64,000 nucleotides of DNA from an uncultured Clostridia bacterium (GTDB lineage: Bacteria > Bacillota > Clostridia > Lachnospirales > CAG-274). The notes below the pieces were generated by a model. The model had not been told where the DNA came from and ran no database searches. It saw only the letters and a program-made list of their open reading frames with translations. How positions within the stretch are numbered: position 1 is the first letter of the stretch; every line of letters begins with the position of its first letter. Below are positions 38,567 to 47,229 of this stretch, one piece after another. The stretch lies in the NCBI GenBank assembly GCA_947589665.1, contig CANQBJ010000004.1, forward strand, positions 4,591-68,590, read 5' to 3'. The translations under genes and the position numbers were made by a program.

Positions 38567-38849
38567 TACCTCCTAAAAAAATAAAAGGTGCAAGCCCATA
38601 GTCGGACTTACACCCTTTAGGTTACACACTGATGATATTATAAATTATTTAAAAAAATTTTTCAAAGGCATAACTGCACAAAATTTACGATAAATATATT
38701 TATGAATTGTGTAATAAATACCATGTCGCAACATAGATATTTATGCTTTTGATATAAATTTTTTATGCTTGTATTTGACAAATATAGCATAATCTACTAT
38801 AATAAAAAAAGGTGTACATACATCAATAAAGCTAAAAGGAGAAAAACAA

Positions 38850-40427
38850 ATGGTAAAATGGTTGATCCTTGCATTATACCTCCTGCTTATGGTAGCTATA
38901 GGAGTATACTGCAACAAAAAAACAAAAAATGTAAGCGACTTCGTTCTTGGGGGAAGGAGCATAGGACCTTGGTTTTCCGCATTCGCCTTTGGTACGTCAT
39001 ATTTTTCAGCAGTCGTATTTATAGGCTATGCGGGACAGTTTGGCTGGATATATGGTATATCAGCCTTCTGGATAGGCATAGGAAACGCTATAATAGGCTC
39101 ACTTCTTGCATGGCTTGTTCTTGGCAGACGTACAAGAATAATGACAAAATATCTGGACGCAACTACAATGCCCGAATATTTTGAAAAGCGTTACGGCTCA
39201 AAGGGGCTTAAAATAGCAGCCTCACTTATTATTTTCCTGTTCCTTATTCCCTATACTGCGTCAGTATATAACGGCTTATCAAGGCTTTTTGAGTCATCTC
39301 TGGGTATACCATATATATACTGTATAGTAATTATGGCCGTGTTTACTGCAATATACGTTATAGCAGGCGGCTTCCATGCAACTGCTCTCAACGATTTTGT
39401 ACAGGGTATGATAATGCTTGTAGGTATCATAATGGTAGTATTTACTGTTCTCCACAAGGCAGGCGGATTTGGCGAAGCTATGACAGGTCTTGCCGCAATA
39501 GCAGACGACGCAGGCAACACAGGTACTCTTAATACTGTTTTCGGACCTAATCCTGCTGACCTTTTGGGCGTTGTGATACTTACGTCACTGGGTACATGGG
39601 GACTTCCTCAGATGGTACAGAAGTTCTATTCAATATCAGACGATGCAGCTATAAAGAGAGGTACTATCATTTCAACGGTATTTGCTCTTATAGTAGCAGG
39701 CGGCAGCTATTTCCACGGCGGTTTAGGTAGGCTTTTTGCAGTTGCCGAAGGATCTCCGGAGGCTGCTAATACTACAAAGGCAGTTATAGGCTTTGTAGGA
39801 AATAAGCTGGAGTACGATGCCATAGTTCCCGCTATGCTTGAAAGCGTGCTTCCCGATATACTTCTGGGACTTATAGTAGTGCTTGTGCTTTCAGCGTCTA
39901 TGTCTACGCTTTCATCACTTGTAATGACGTCAAGTTCAACTCTTACACTTGACCTTATAAAGCCTGCTATGCTTTCAAAGGGCAAGTCCTTCGATGAAAA
40001 GAAGCAGGTGTTCTACATAAGGCTTTTCATAGCCGTTTTCCTTATAGTTTCAGTTATTATTGCCGCTAATAAGAACGCTTATATCACTACTCTTATGAGT
40101 ATTTCATGGGGCGCTCTTTCAGGCTCCTTCCTTGCGCCGTTTATGTATGGTCTGTTTTCAAAGAAGGTTACGCCTAAGGCAGTAGGAGCTTGCTTTATAT
40201 TTGCGGTAGGCTTTACCTTGATACATACATGCCTGTTCCTTTTCGGCTGGTTCCCGGAGCTTACAAAGGCTGCGGCAAGCCTGCCGATACCGTTTACTGT
40301 TACATCACCTCTTAATGCAGGCGCATTTTGTATGGTATTTTCACTTATATTATGTCCTGTTGTAAGTAAGCTTACAAAGGTAAAGGATAAAGAATATGTA
40401 GATAAGGTATTTAAGTGCTATGAATAA
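38850..40427 (+). CDS. Sodium:solute symporter (SSS) family transporter
   Basis: N-terminal F.LGGRS.G....AF...T..S...F.G pattern and about 13 TM helices. Consensus promoter TTGACA-17-TATAAT at about 38776-38804. Confidence 0.85.
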   Translation: MVKWLILALYLLLMVAIGVYCNKKTKNVSDFVLGGRSIGPWFSAFAFGTSYFSAVVFIGYAGQFGWIYGISAFWIGIGNAIIGSLLAWLVLGRRTRIMTKYLDATTMPEYFEKRYGSKGLKIAASLIIFLFLIPYTASVYNGLSRLFESSLGIPYIYCIVIMAVFTAIYVIAGGFHATALNDFVQGMIMLVGIIMVVFTVLHKAGGFGEAMTGLAAIADDAGNTGTLNTVFGPNPADLLGVVILTSLGTWGLPQMVQKFYSISDDAAIKRGTIISTVFALIVAGGSYFHGGLGRLFAVAEGSPEAANTTKAVIGFVGNKLEYDAIVPAMLESVLPDILLGLIVVLVLSASMSTLSSLVMTSSSTLTLDLIKPAMLSKGKSFDEKKQVFYIRLFIAVFLIVSVIIAANKNAYITTLMSISWGALSGSFLAPFMYGLFSKKVTPKAVGACFIFAVGFTLIHTCLFLFGWFPELTKAAASLPIPFTVTSPLNAGAFCMVFSLILCPVVSKLTKVKDKEYVDKVFKCYE

Positions 40428-40457
40428 TTTTATACAGTAAAAAATACTGTTATATAG

Positions 40458-40495
40458 AAAATCACATCTGATATAAACTCAGATGTGATTTTTTA
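40458..40495 (+). terminator. Intrinsic terminator after the SSS transporter gene
   Basis: 13-bp stem AAATCACATCTGA/TCAGATGTGATTT followed by TTTT. Confidence 0.85.
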
Positions 40496-40557
40496 TTAGC
40501 ATTATTATTGATTTGAAAAATAATATTGAAAAAAAGGAAATTTTTTTTGATTATATA

Positions 40558-40608
40558 TTGACACGGTGTCAGAATAGTGTTATCATAATTATACTGACAC
40601 GGTGTCAG
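40558..40608 (+). promoter_or_regulatory. Promoter with two copies of the palindromic operator TGACAC-G-GTGTCA (probable TetR autoregulation site)
   Basis: The -35 TTGACA (40558-63) overlaps palindrome 1 (40559-71). TATCAT follows after a 17-nt spacer (40581-86). Palindrome 2 is at 40595-40607. The two 20-nt repeat units differ at one base. Confidence 0.7.
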
Positions 40609-40641
40609 AACTATATATCAATATACGAGGAGGAGTTAAAA

Positions 40642-41193
40642 ATGAAAAAGAATATAGGTTCTGTACTTGCACTATATCCAACGCCTGTAACTGTGATCGG
40701 CGCTATGAACAATGATAAGCCTACATGGACCCTTGTTGCCCATATAGGAATAATAGGACACGACAGAGTGCTTGTAAGTCTAGCAGAGCCTCATTTTATA
40801 AACGGATGTATCAAGAAGACAAATAAACTTTCCATAAATCTTGTTGATGAAGGCATTCTGAAAGAAACGGACTATACAGGCTCTGTCAGCGGTAAAAAAG
40901 CAGATAAATCAAATGTATTTGACTATGAACTCGGTGAAAATGGAACACCTGTTATAAGTAAATCGCCTTTGACAATGGAATGCACTGTTGCAGATATTTA
41001 CAATACGCCAAATTTTGAAAGCTTTATATGCACTATCGACAACACCTATGTGTCCGAGGAACACTTGGATGATAACGGCAAAATAAATTACAATACATTA
41101 AAGCCTGTTTTGTTTGAGTTTCCTACATACCAATATCTGAGAACAGGTGAAGTTATAGGCAAATGTCTTTCTTTTGCCGATAAGGACAAGTAA
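40642..41193 (+). CDS. Flavin reductase-like FMN-binding domain protein
   Basis: Flavin_Reduct-type N-terminus LYPTPVTVIGA and a split-barrel pattern. GAGGAGGAG RBS before ATG 40642; the ORF-track start 40513 reads through the operator repeats. Confidence 0.8.
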   Translation: MKKNIGSVLALYPTPVTVIGAMNNDKPTWTLVAHIGIIGHDRVLVSLAEPHFINGCIKKTNKLSINLVDEGILKETDYTGSVSGKKADKSNVFDYELGENGTPVISKSPLTMECTVADIYNTPNFESFICTIDNTYVSEEHLDDNGKINYNTLKPVLFEFPTYQYLRTGEVIGKCLSFADKDK

Positions 41194-41239
41194 TTTTATT
41201 TTTACATACACATAATCAAATAAATCAAGGAGATATATT

Positions 41240-41866
41240 ATGCCAAAAGGATCACCCGAACTTACAAGTGCAAGAAAAGAAGAAATTATAAATGCCTGCG
41301 AAAAGCTGTATAAGACAATGAGCTTTAAGGAAATAACCATTAAAGAAATAGGAGATGCCACAAGCTTTACACGAACATCTATCTATAATTATTTTCAGAC
41401 AAAGGAAGAAATATTTCTTGCGCTATTGACAAGAGAGTATGAATACTGGATAGTCGATCTTAAGACTATGACAGAAAAATATGAGACCCTTACAAAAGAG
41501 GATTTTGCTGATAAAATGGCACATTCTCTGGAAAAGCGTTCTCAGCTTCTGAAAATTTTGTCAATGAATCATTACGATATGGAGGAAAACAGCCGCTCCG
41601 AATATTTGACTGCAATGAAGGTTGCATATGGTAATTCAATAAGGGCAGTAAATGATTGCCTGAATAAGTTTTTCCCTCATATGACAAACAAGGAAAAACA
41701 AAATTTCATATATGTTTTCTTCCCGTTTATGTTTGGTATATATCCCTATACCGTAGTTACCGAAAAGCAGAGAGAAGCTATGGAAGCAGCAAATGTGGAT
41801 TATGTTTTTATGTCTATATATGAAATAATATACGACTGTGTACTAAATTTATTAAAGGAGAGATAA
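41240..41866 (+). CDS. TetR/AcrR-family transcriptional regulator
   Basis: N-terminal HTH FKEITIKEIGDATSFTRTSIYNYFQTKEEIF. Confidence 0.88.
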   Translation: MPKGSPELTSARKEEIINACEKLYKTMSFKEITIKEIGDATSFTRTSIYNYFQTKEEIFLALLTREYEYWIVDLKTMTEKYETLTKEDFADKMAHSLEKRSQLLKILSMNHYDMEENSRSEYLTAMKVAYGNSIRAVNDCLNKFFPHMTNKEKQNFIYVFFPFMFGIYPYTVVTEKQREAMEAANVDYVFMSIYEIIYDCVLNLLKER

Positions 41867-41868
41867 TA

Positions 41869-42003
41869 ATGAATAATAAAAATAATTTACCTAAAATAGC
41901 CCTTGGCGCATGGGCTTGGGGAAACGACGGAACATTCGGAAATGAATTTACGGCGGAAACACTGAAACCTATTTTTGATAAAGCTATGGAGGTTATATTA
42001 TGA
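41869..42003 (+). pseudogene. N-terminal remnant (44 codons) of an aldo/keto reductase
   Basis: It translates as MNNKNNLPKIALGAWAWGNDGTFGNEFTAETLKPIFDKAMEVIL*. This matches an AKR N-terminus (LG.W..G ... A...G), but the frame stops exactly where the next gene starts (ATGA overlap at 42000). Confidence 0.5.
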
Positions 42004-43019
42004 AAAAAATCTTATTGGTAATTTTTACATTAATATTCTTTTGTATGACGGCTGCATCAGTGAATGCGGCAGAGTCAGACGATCTGACAATTCAGCTTAA
42101 AATAGACAGTCCTCTTATGCTTGTAAATAACGAGGAAAAAACCATTGACGAAAATGGCACCTCTCCTGTTATTGTCAAAAGCAGAACGCTTTTGCCTGTT
42201 CGTGCCGTAGTTGAGGAAATAGGCGGCAGTGTGGAATGGGACGCAGATACAAAGACGGTAGGTTTACAGAGCGGAGATAACAATATAAAGCTCGAAATAG
42301 ACAGCGCAACAGCCTATCTCAATAACGAACCATATACTCTTGATACTCCTCCTGCCATAATAGGCGGAAGGACTATGCTGCCCATACGCTTTATAGCCGA
42401 GAGCTTTGGTCTTGAGGTTATCTGGAACGGCGAAGAACAAACCGTAACCATTGTAAAAAAATCGGATATACAAACAGAAAGAGTAACTTCTGCCGAGGCA
42501 GCAACAGAAAGTACCACAGCCGAGGAAACAACGGAAAGTGATAACAATATTCTTGTAGTCTATTTTTCTGCAACAAACAATACAAAGGGTGTAGCGGAGA
42601 AAATAGCTGAGGCGGCAGAAGCCGATATCTATGCCATAACTCCTGCAATACCATACACAGACGCAGACATTGACTATAATACCGAATGCCGTGCAAATAA
42701 AGAACAGAACGACGACAGCGCACGCCCCGAAATTTCCGGAACGGTGGAAAATATGGAGGATTACGATACTGTTTTTATAGGTTATCCCATATGGTGGGGA
42801 CAGGCACCTAAAATAATGTATACATTTATGGAAAGCTATGATTTTAACGGTAAGACTATAATTCCCTTCTGTACATCGGGCAGCAGCCCCATAGGTACAA
42901 GCGCAGAAAATATGCAGGGGCTTACCCAAGGAGCAAAATGGCTTGAAGGTAGACGTTTCAGCGGAGGAGCCTCCGCTGATGAAGTAAGAGGTTGGGTAAA
43001 TTCTCTTGGGCTCAAATAA
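42000..43019 (+). CDS. Exported fusion protein: signal peptide + Cu_amine_oxidN1-like domain + flavodoxin-like (Flavodoxin_4-type) domain
   Basis: Signal peptide ending SVNA-AE. TLLPVRAVVEEIGGSVEWDADTKTV and GRTMLPIRFIAESFGLEVIW repeats. Then ILVVYFSATNNTKGVAE...YPIWWGQAP...PFCTSGSS. Confidence 0.8.
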   Translation: MKKILLVIFTLIFFCMTAASVNAAESDDLTIQLKIDSPLMLVNNEEKTIDENGTSPVIVKSRTLLPVRAVVEEIGGSVEWDADTKTVGLQSGDNNIKLEIDSATAYLNNEPYTLDTPPAIIGGRTMLPIRFIAESFGLEVIWNGEEQTVTIVKKSDIQTERVTSAEAATESTTAEETTESDNNILVVYFSATNNTKGVAEKIAEAAEADIYAITPAIPYTDADIDYNTECRANKEQNDDSARPEISGTVENMEDYDTVFIGYPIWWGQAPKIMYTFMESYDFNGKTIIPFCTSGSSPIGTSAENMQGLTQGAKWLEGRRFSGGASADEVRGWVNSLGLK

Positions 43020-43035
43020 GATCGGAGGTGCGGAA

Positions 43036-43274
43036 ATGAACAAGATCGCATCGGTTTTGCTCTCTGCCATATTATCGTTCAGCGCTACGATATGAGCGGT
43101 AAAACAATAATACCGTTTTGCAGTATGGGCGGCGGACGCTTCGGGCAGACAATAAGCGCTGTGGCGAAGCTTGCTCCTAACAGCGAAATTAAAGAAGGCC
43201 TTTGCGTAACATATTCATCTTATGACAGAGATGAAATAAAGAAATGGCTTGATAATAATAAAATATCAAAATAA
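43036..43274 (+). pseudogene. Decayed exported-flavodoxin gene (19-codon signal-peptide stub plus out-of-frame C-terminal third)
   Basis: After a GGAGG RBS, MNKIASVLLSAILSFSATI* is encoded at 43036-43095. Frame-shifted ORF 43092-43274 encodes GKTIIPFCSMGGG...IKKWL, the C-terminal part of the same flavodoxin family. Confidence 0.55.
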
Positions 43275-43283
43275 AGGAAAATG

Positions 43284-43357
43284 CTTTAATAAAAACTTAA
43301 TAATTTTTTTATAGAATAATATTGACTTAAAGTCATATTCAAGTTTTAGTATTAAAT
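43284..43357 (+). repeat. Copy 1 of a 74-bp promoter/operator cassette
   Basis: 69/74 nt identical (manual alignment) to 47156-47229. TTGACT (43322-27), 19-nt spacer, TAGTAT (43347-52). Palindrome TGACTT-A-AAGTCA at 43323-35. Confidence 0.8.
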
Positions 43358-43632
43358 ATAGCTTAATGTTTGGCGGCAATTAATTATACCCCCTCTGCTA
43401 TCAGTCATTTTCAAAGGCTGATAGCGTGAATATAGGAAACAGTAAACGCTTTGCCTTTTATTTGCCCCTATTCTATAGGCAAAGTTTTTACTTGTTTCCG
43501 CTTTCTTTTTAAATATTTCAAATGATGATATCTATAATTCCTACAGACAGCTATATGACTTTTGACAAAAATAGAATAATTGATATATACTTAAACATAT
43601 CATAATATTCGTCAGTTAAGGAGGTTTTTGTT

Positions 43633-44166
43633 ATGAAAATAGTTATAATAAAGGGCAGCCCTCATAAAAAGGGTTCATCAAATATGCTGGCAGACCAATT
43701 TATAAAGGGCGCAGAAGAAAATGGCCATAAAATTATTGAGCTTGACGCGGCGCATATGGATATTCACCCCTGTATAGGCTGTGAATTCTGCGGTATGAAC
43801 GGAGAGTGTTCGCAAAAAGATGATATCGGGCAGATAAGAGACGCTTTGCTTTCATCGGATATGGCTGTGTTCGTAACACCTGTGTATTATTTCGGAATGT
43901 CAGCACAGCTTAAAATGGTCATAGACCGTTTTTACAGCTATACAATGAAGCTTTCCGCAAAGCATCTTAAAACGGCTCTTATTACTGCCGCCTGGGATTC
44001 AAATGACGATGTTATGCCCTATATTGCAGAGCATTATAAAAAGCTGTGCAGATATATGCATTTCAAGGATATGGGTATGGTACTTGGTACAGGCTGTGGT
44101 ACACCCTCAATGACGGCAGGCAGCATACATATGGAAGAGGCTTATACTCTTGGAAAATCTGTATAG
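43633..44166 (+). CDS. Iron-sulfur flavoprotein / NADPH-dependent FMN reductase family protein
   Basis: Flavodoxin-like fold (KGSPHKKGSSN) and a compact Cys motif CIGCEFCGMNGEC, as in Isf-type proteins. AGGAGG RBS. Confidence 0.8.
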   Translation: MKIVIIKGSPHKKGSSNMLADQFIKGAEENGHKIIELDAAHMDIHPCIGCEFCGMNGECSQKDDIGQIRDALLSSDMAVFVTPVYYFGMSAQLKMVIDRFYSYTMKLSAKHLKTALITAAWDSNDDVMPYIAEHYKKLCRYMHFKDMGMVLGTGCGTPSMTAGSIHMEEAYTLGKSV

Positions 44167-44183
44167 AAAAGAGGTCATATAAT

Positions 44184-45194
44184 ATGAAATATACAAAGCT
44201 TGGAAATTCAGATTTGAATGTTTCCCGCATATGTATGGGTTGTATGGGCTTTGGAAATGCCTCTACAGGACAGCATAGCTGGACTGTAGACGAGGAGCAG
44301 ACAAGGGAAATAATAAAGCATGGTCTGGATATGGGTATCAATTTTTACGATACCGCCATAGTCTATCAGAACGGCACAAGCGAACAGTATGTGGGAAGGG
44401 CATTGAGAGATTTTGCAAAGCGTGAGGACTATGTTATAGCTACGAAATTCACTCCCAGAACACAGGAGGAAATAGACAACAATATAAGCGGACAGCAGCA
44501 TATTGAAAACTATTTAAACCAAAGCCTTAAAAATCTGGGTATGGACTATGTCGACCTGTATATTTACCATATGTGGGATTATCACACACCTATGGAGGAA
44601 ATAATGGAGGGACTTCATAAGGCTGTAAGATCGGGAAAGGCACGATATATAGGCATTTCAAACTGCTTTGCATGGCAGCTTGCAAAGGCAAACTTCTATG
44701 CAAGGGAAAAGGGTCTTACGGAATTTATAACCGTGCAGGGACATTACAATCTTATTGCAAGAGAGGAGGAACGGGAAATGGTGCCTTTCTGCAGGGATCA
44801 GAATATTGCCCTTACTCCCTACAGCGCCCTTGCAAGCGGCAGACTTTCAAGGCATACGGGAGAAAGCACAAAGCGTTTTGAAGAGGATTCATATGCGCAT
44901 TTCAAGTATGACAGAACTGCCGAGGCAGACGGAAAAATTATAAAGCGTGTAGAGGAGCTTGCAGATAAAAGAAACGTATCCATGACAGAAATATCACTGG
45001 CTTGGCTTTTGACAAAGGTCGATTCTCCTGTTGTGGGCGCAACAAAGCTTTCACACATAGACGGCGCTGTAAAAGCCGTTGACCTTGAACTGACTGAGGA
45101 TGAAATAAATTATTTGGAGGAACTGTATGTTCCCCACGCTCTTGCGGGAGTTATGGCGCAGAACGGAAAACAAAAAGCAGGAAATGTAGTATAA
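44184..45194 (+). CDS. Aldo/keto reductase
   Basis: LGNSDLNVSRICMGCMGFG, INFYDTA, and GISN motifs. ATG 44184 follows GAGG; the ORF-track start 44046 overlaps the previous gene. Confidence 0.9.
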   Translation: MKYTKLGNSDLNVSRICMGCMGFGNASTGQHSWTVDEEQTREIIKHGLDMGINFYDTAIVYQNGTSEQYVGRALRDFAKREDYVIATKFTPRTQEEIDNNISGQQHIENYLNQSLKNLGMDYVDLYIYHMWDYHTPMEEIMEGLHKAVRSGKARYIGISNCFAWQLAKANFYAREKGLTEFITVQGHYNLIAREEEREMVPFCRDQNIALTPYSALASGRLSRHTGESTKRFEEDSYAHFKYDRTAEADGKIIKRVEELADKRNVSMTEISLAWLLTKVDSPVVGATKLSHIDGAVKAVDLELTEDEINYLEELYVPHALAGVMAQNGKQKAGNVV

Positions 45195-45211
45195 AAAAGG
45201 AGTGTTACATT

Positions 45212-45694
45212 ATGGGTAAAATTTTAACGGCATATTTTTCAGCAAGCGGAAATACAAAAAGACTTGCAGAGACCATAGCAAAGGCGGCAGGCGCAGATAT
45301 ATTTGAGATAGCTCCCCCTGTGCCTTATACCAACGACGATCTTAACTGGATGAACAAAAAGAGCCGCAGCAGTATTGAGATGAATGACAAAGGCTCAAGA
45401 CCAGAAATAGCAGGCTCCGTAGAAAATATGGGACAGTATGATACAGTTTTAATAGGCTTTCCCGTATGGTGGTATGAGGCGCCCAGAATAATACAGACCT
45501 TCCTGGAAAGCTACGATTTTTCAGGAAAAAATATTGTGACCTTTGCCACATCCGGCGGCAGCGGTATGGGAAGGACCAACGATATTCTGGCGCGCTCCTG
45601 TTCTCCTGATGCAAAGTGGCTTGACGGAAAGCGTATGAGCAGCAATACCGATATAAATACAATAAAGGATTGGCTTGGCAGCCTTAATATATAA
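45212..45694 (+). CDS. Cytoplasmic flavodoxin-like protein (Flavodoxin_4-type)
   Basis: ILTAYFSASGNTKRLAE and FPVWWYEAP. No signal peptide. Paralogue of the 42000 and 46476 flavodoxin domains. Confidence 0.85.
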   Translation: MGKILTAYFSASGNTKRLAETIAKAAGADIFEIAPPVPYTNDDLNWMNKKSRSSIEMNDKGSRPEIAGSVENMGQYDTVLIGFPVWWYEAPRIIQTFLESYDFSGKNIVTFATSGGSGMGRTNDILARSCSPDAKWLDGKRMSSNTDINTIKDWLGSLNI

Positions 45695-45707
45695 GGAGGA
45701 TATCAAT

Positions 45708-46463
45708 ATGAAAAAAATAACACAGACAGCAGGAAGAGATCAGCTTGGTAGCTTTGCTCCTGATTTTGCACATTTTAATGATGATGTACTTTTCGGTGAG
45801 AACTGGAACAACGAGGATATTGACTTAAAGACGCGCTGCATTATTACAGTTGTTGCCCTTATGTCATCGGGAATAACCGATTCTTCATTGACATATCACC
45901 TTGAAAATGCCAAGGCTCACGGTGTAACAAAGGAAGAAATAGCTTCTATTGTTACCCATGTTGGCTTTTATGTAGGCTGGCCAAAGGCTTGGGCTGTTTT
46001 CCGCCTTGCTCTTGACGTATGGAACGAAAAAGCAGCAGAGCAAACCGAAAAGGATAAATATCAGAACACCATACTTTTCCCTATAGGCGAGCCTAACAAT
46101 GGCTTTGCCAAATACTTTATAGGACAGAGCTATCTTGCGCCCATATCAAAAGAGCAGGTTGGGATATTCAATGTTACCTTTGAGCCTAGATGCCGCAACA
46201 ACTGGCATATACACAATGCGGACAAGGGCGGCGGTCAGATACTTATTTGTGTAGGTGGTCGTGGATATTATCAGGAGTGGGGCAAGGATGCCGTTGAAAT
46301 GAAGCCCGGCGACTGCATAAATATCCCTACAGGCGTAAAGCATTGGCACGGTGCTGCTCCCGATAGCTGGTTTTCACATCTCGCCATAGAGGTTCCCGGT
46401 GAAAACGGCTCCAATGAATGGCTTGAGCCTGTTGACGATGAGCAATACAATAATTTGAAATAA
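45708..46463 (+). CDS. Carboxymuconolactone decarboxylase (AhpD-like) domain fused to a cupin domain
   Basis: CMD-like helix bundle (LDLKTRCIITVVAL...GVTKEEI.....H...Y.GWP). C-terminal cupin (NWHIH....GQIL.C..G.G....G.......GD...IP.GVKHWHGA). Confidence 0.8.
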   Translation: MKKITQTAGRDQLGSFAPDFAHFNDDVLFGENWNNEDIDLKTRCIITVVALMSSGITDSSLTYHLENAKAHGVTKEEIASIVTHVGFYVGWPKAWAVFRLALDVWNEKAAEQTEKDKYQNTILFPIGEPNNGFAKYFIGQSYLAPISKEQVGIFNVTFEPRCRNNWHIHNADKGGGQILICVGGRGYYQEWGKDAVEMKPGDCINIPTGVKHWHGAAPDSWFSHLAIEVPGENGSNEWLEPVDDEQYNNLK

Positions 46464-46475
46464 GGAGAGTTTAAA

Positions 46476-47111
46476 ATGAAATATTTATCCCTAATATTAT
46501 CTGTGTTATTGCTTGCCTGTGTTCTTTGCGCCTGTACCTCAGGCGGCAGAGAAGAGGCAGTACAAAATACATCAGAGGAAACTGCTGTACAGGAAACCGA
46601 TTTAGAAGATGAAACTGTCTCAAAGGGCAGCGGGAAAATACTTGTAGCATATTTTTCGGCATCAGGAAATACAAAGGCCGTTGCTGAAAAGACAGCGGAA
46701 ACAGTCGGAGCGGATATATTTGAAATTGTCCCCTCTGTGCCTTATACAGACTCCGATCTTAACTACGGAGATGACAACAGCCGTACAACTGTAGAACAGA
46801 ATGACGATACCGCTCGCCCCGAAATTTCGGGAACGGTAGAAAATATGGAAGATTACGACACCGTTTTCATAGGCTATCCCATTTGGTGGGGACAGGCGCC
46901 TAAAATAATGTATACATTTCTGGAAAGCTACGATTTTAATGGAAAGACTATAATTCCATTCTGTACCTCGGGCAGCAGTCCCATAGGCTCAAGCGCAGAA
47001 AATATGCAGAGCCTTACAACAGGGGCAAGCTGGCTTGAAGGTCAGCGTTTTAGCGCAGGTGCATCCTCAGAGGAGGTAAGCGGTTGGGTAAATTCTCTCG
47101 GACTTAAGTAA
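46476..47111 (+). CDS. Lipoprotein-type exported flavodoxin-like protein
   Basis: Signal peptide with lipobox-like LLAC/LCAC, an acidic linker, then ILVAYFSASGNTKAVAE...YPIWWGQAP. 89 of the last 99 aa are identical to the 42000 protein (manual alignment). Confidence 0.8.
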   Translation: MKYLSLILSVLLLACVLCACTSGGREEAVQNTSEETAVQETDLEDETVSKGSGKILVAYFSASGNTKAVAEKTAETVGADIFEIVPSVPYTDSDLNYGDDNSRTTVEQNDDTARPEISGTVENMEDYDTVFIGYPIWWGQAPKIMYTFLESYDFNGKTIIPFCTSGSSPIGSSAENMQSLTTGASWLEGQRFSAGASSEEVSGWVNSLGLK

Positions 47112-47155
47112 TAGGTTCATATATAAATCCGATATACAAAAAATAAAGCAGAACA

Positions 47156-47229
47156 CTTTAATAAAAACTTAATAATTTTTTGCGAAAATCATATTGACTT
47201 AAAGTCATATTCAAGTTTTAGTATTAAAT
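47156..47229 (+). repeat. Copy 2 of the 74-bp promoter/operator cassette
   Basis: TTGACT (47194-99), 19-nt spacer, TAGTAT (47219-24). Palindrome TGACTT-A-AAGTCA at 47195-47207. An additional TATAAT at 47233-38 lies 17 nt after TTCAAG. Confidence 0.8.

Noticed and set aside
38765-39184. 139-aa ORF overlapping the start of the sodium:solute symporter gene.
   Set aside because: It begins inside the promoter region (it reads through TTGACA...TATAAT) and runs out of frame over the clearly homologous SSS N-terminus. The product is basic and low-complexity.
40513-40641. N-terminal extension of the flavin reductase ORF containing a repeated ILTRCQN peptide.
   Set aside because: The repeat is the translation of the two palindromic operator copies. 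A strong RBS precedes the internal ATG at 40642, where homology to flavin reductases begins.
43275-43632. Search for a MerR-family gene, or a remnant of one, that would explain the 19-bp-spacer promoters.
   Set aside because: No ORF or HTH-like translation was found on either strand in this spacer or elsewhere in the window. The MerR idea is therefore kept only as one hypothesis in the finding rather than annotated.
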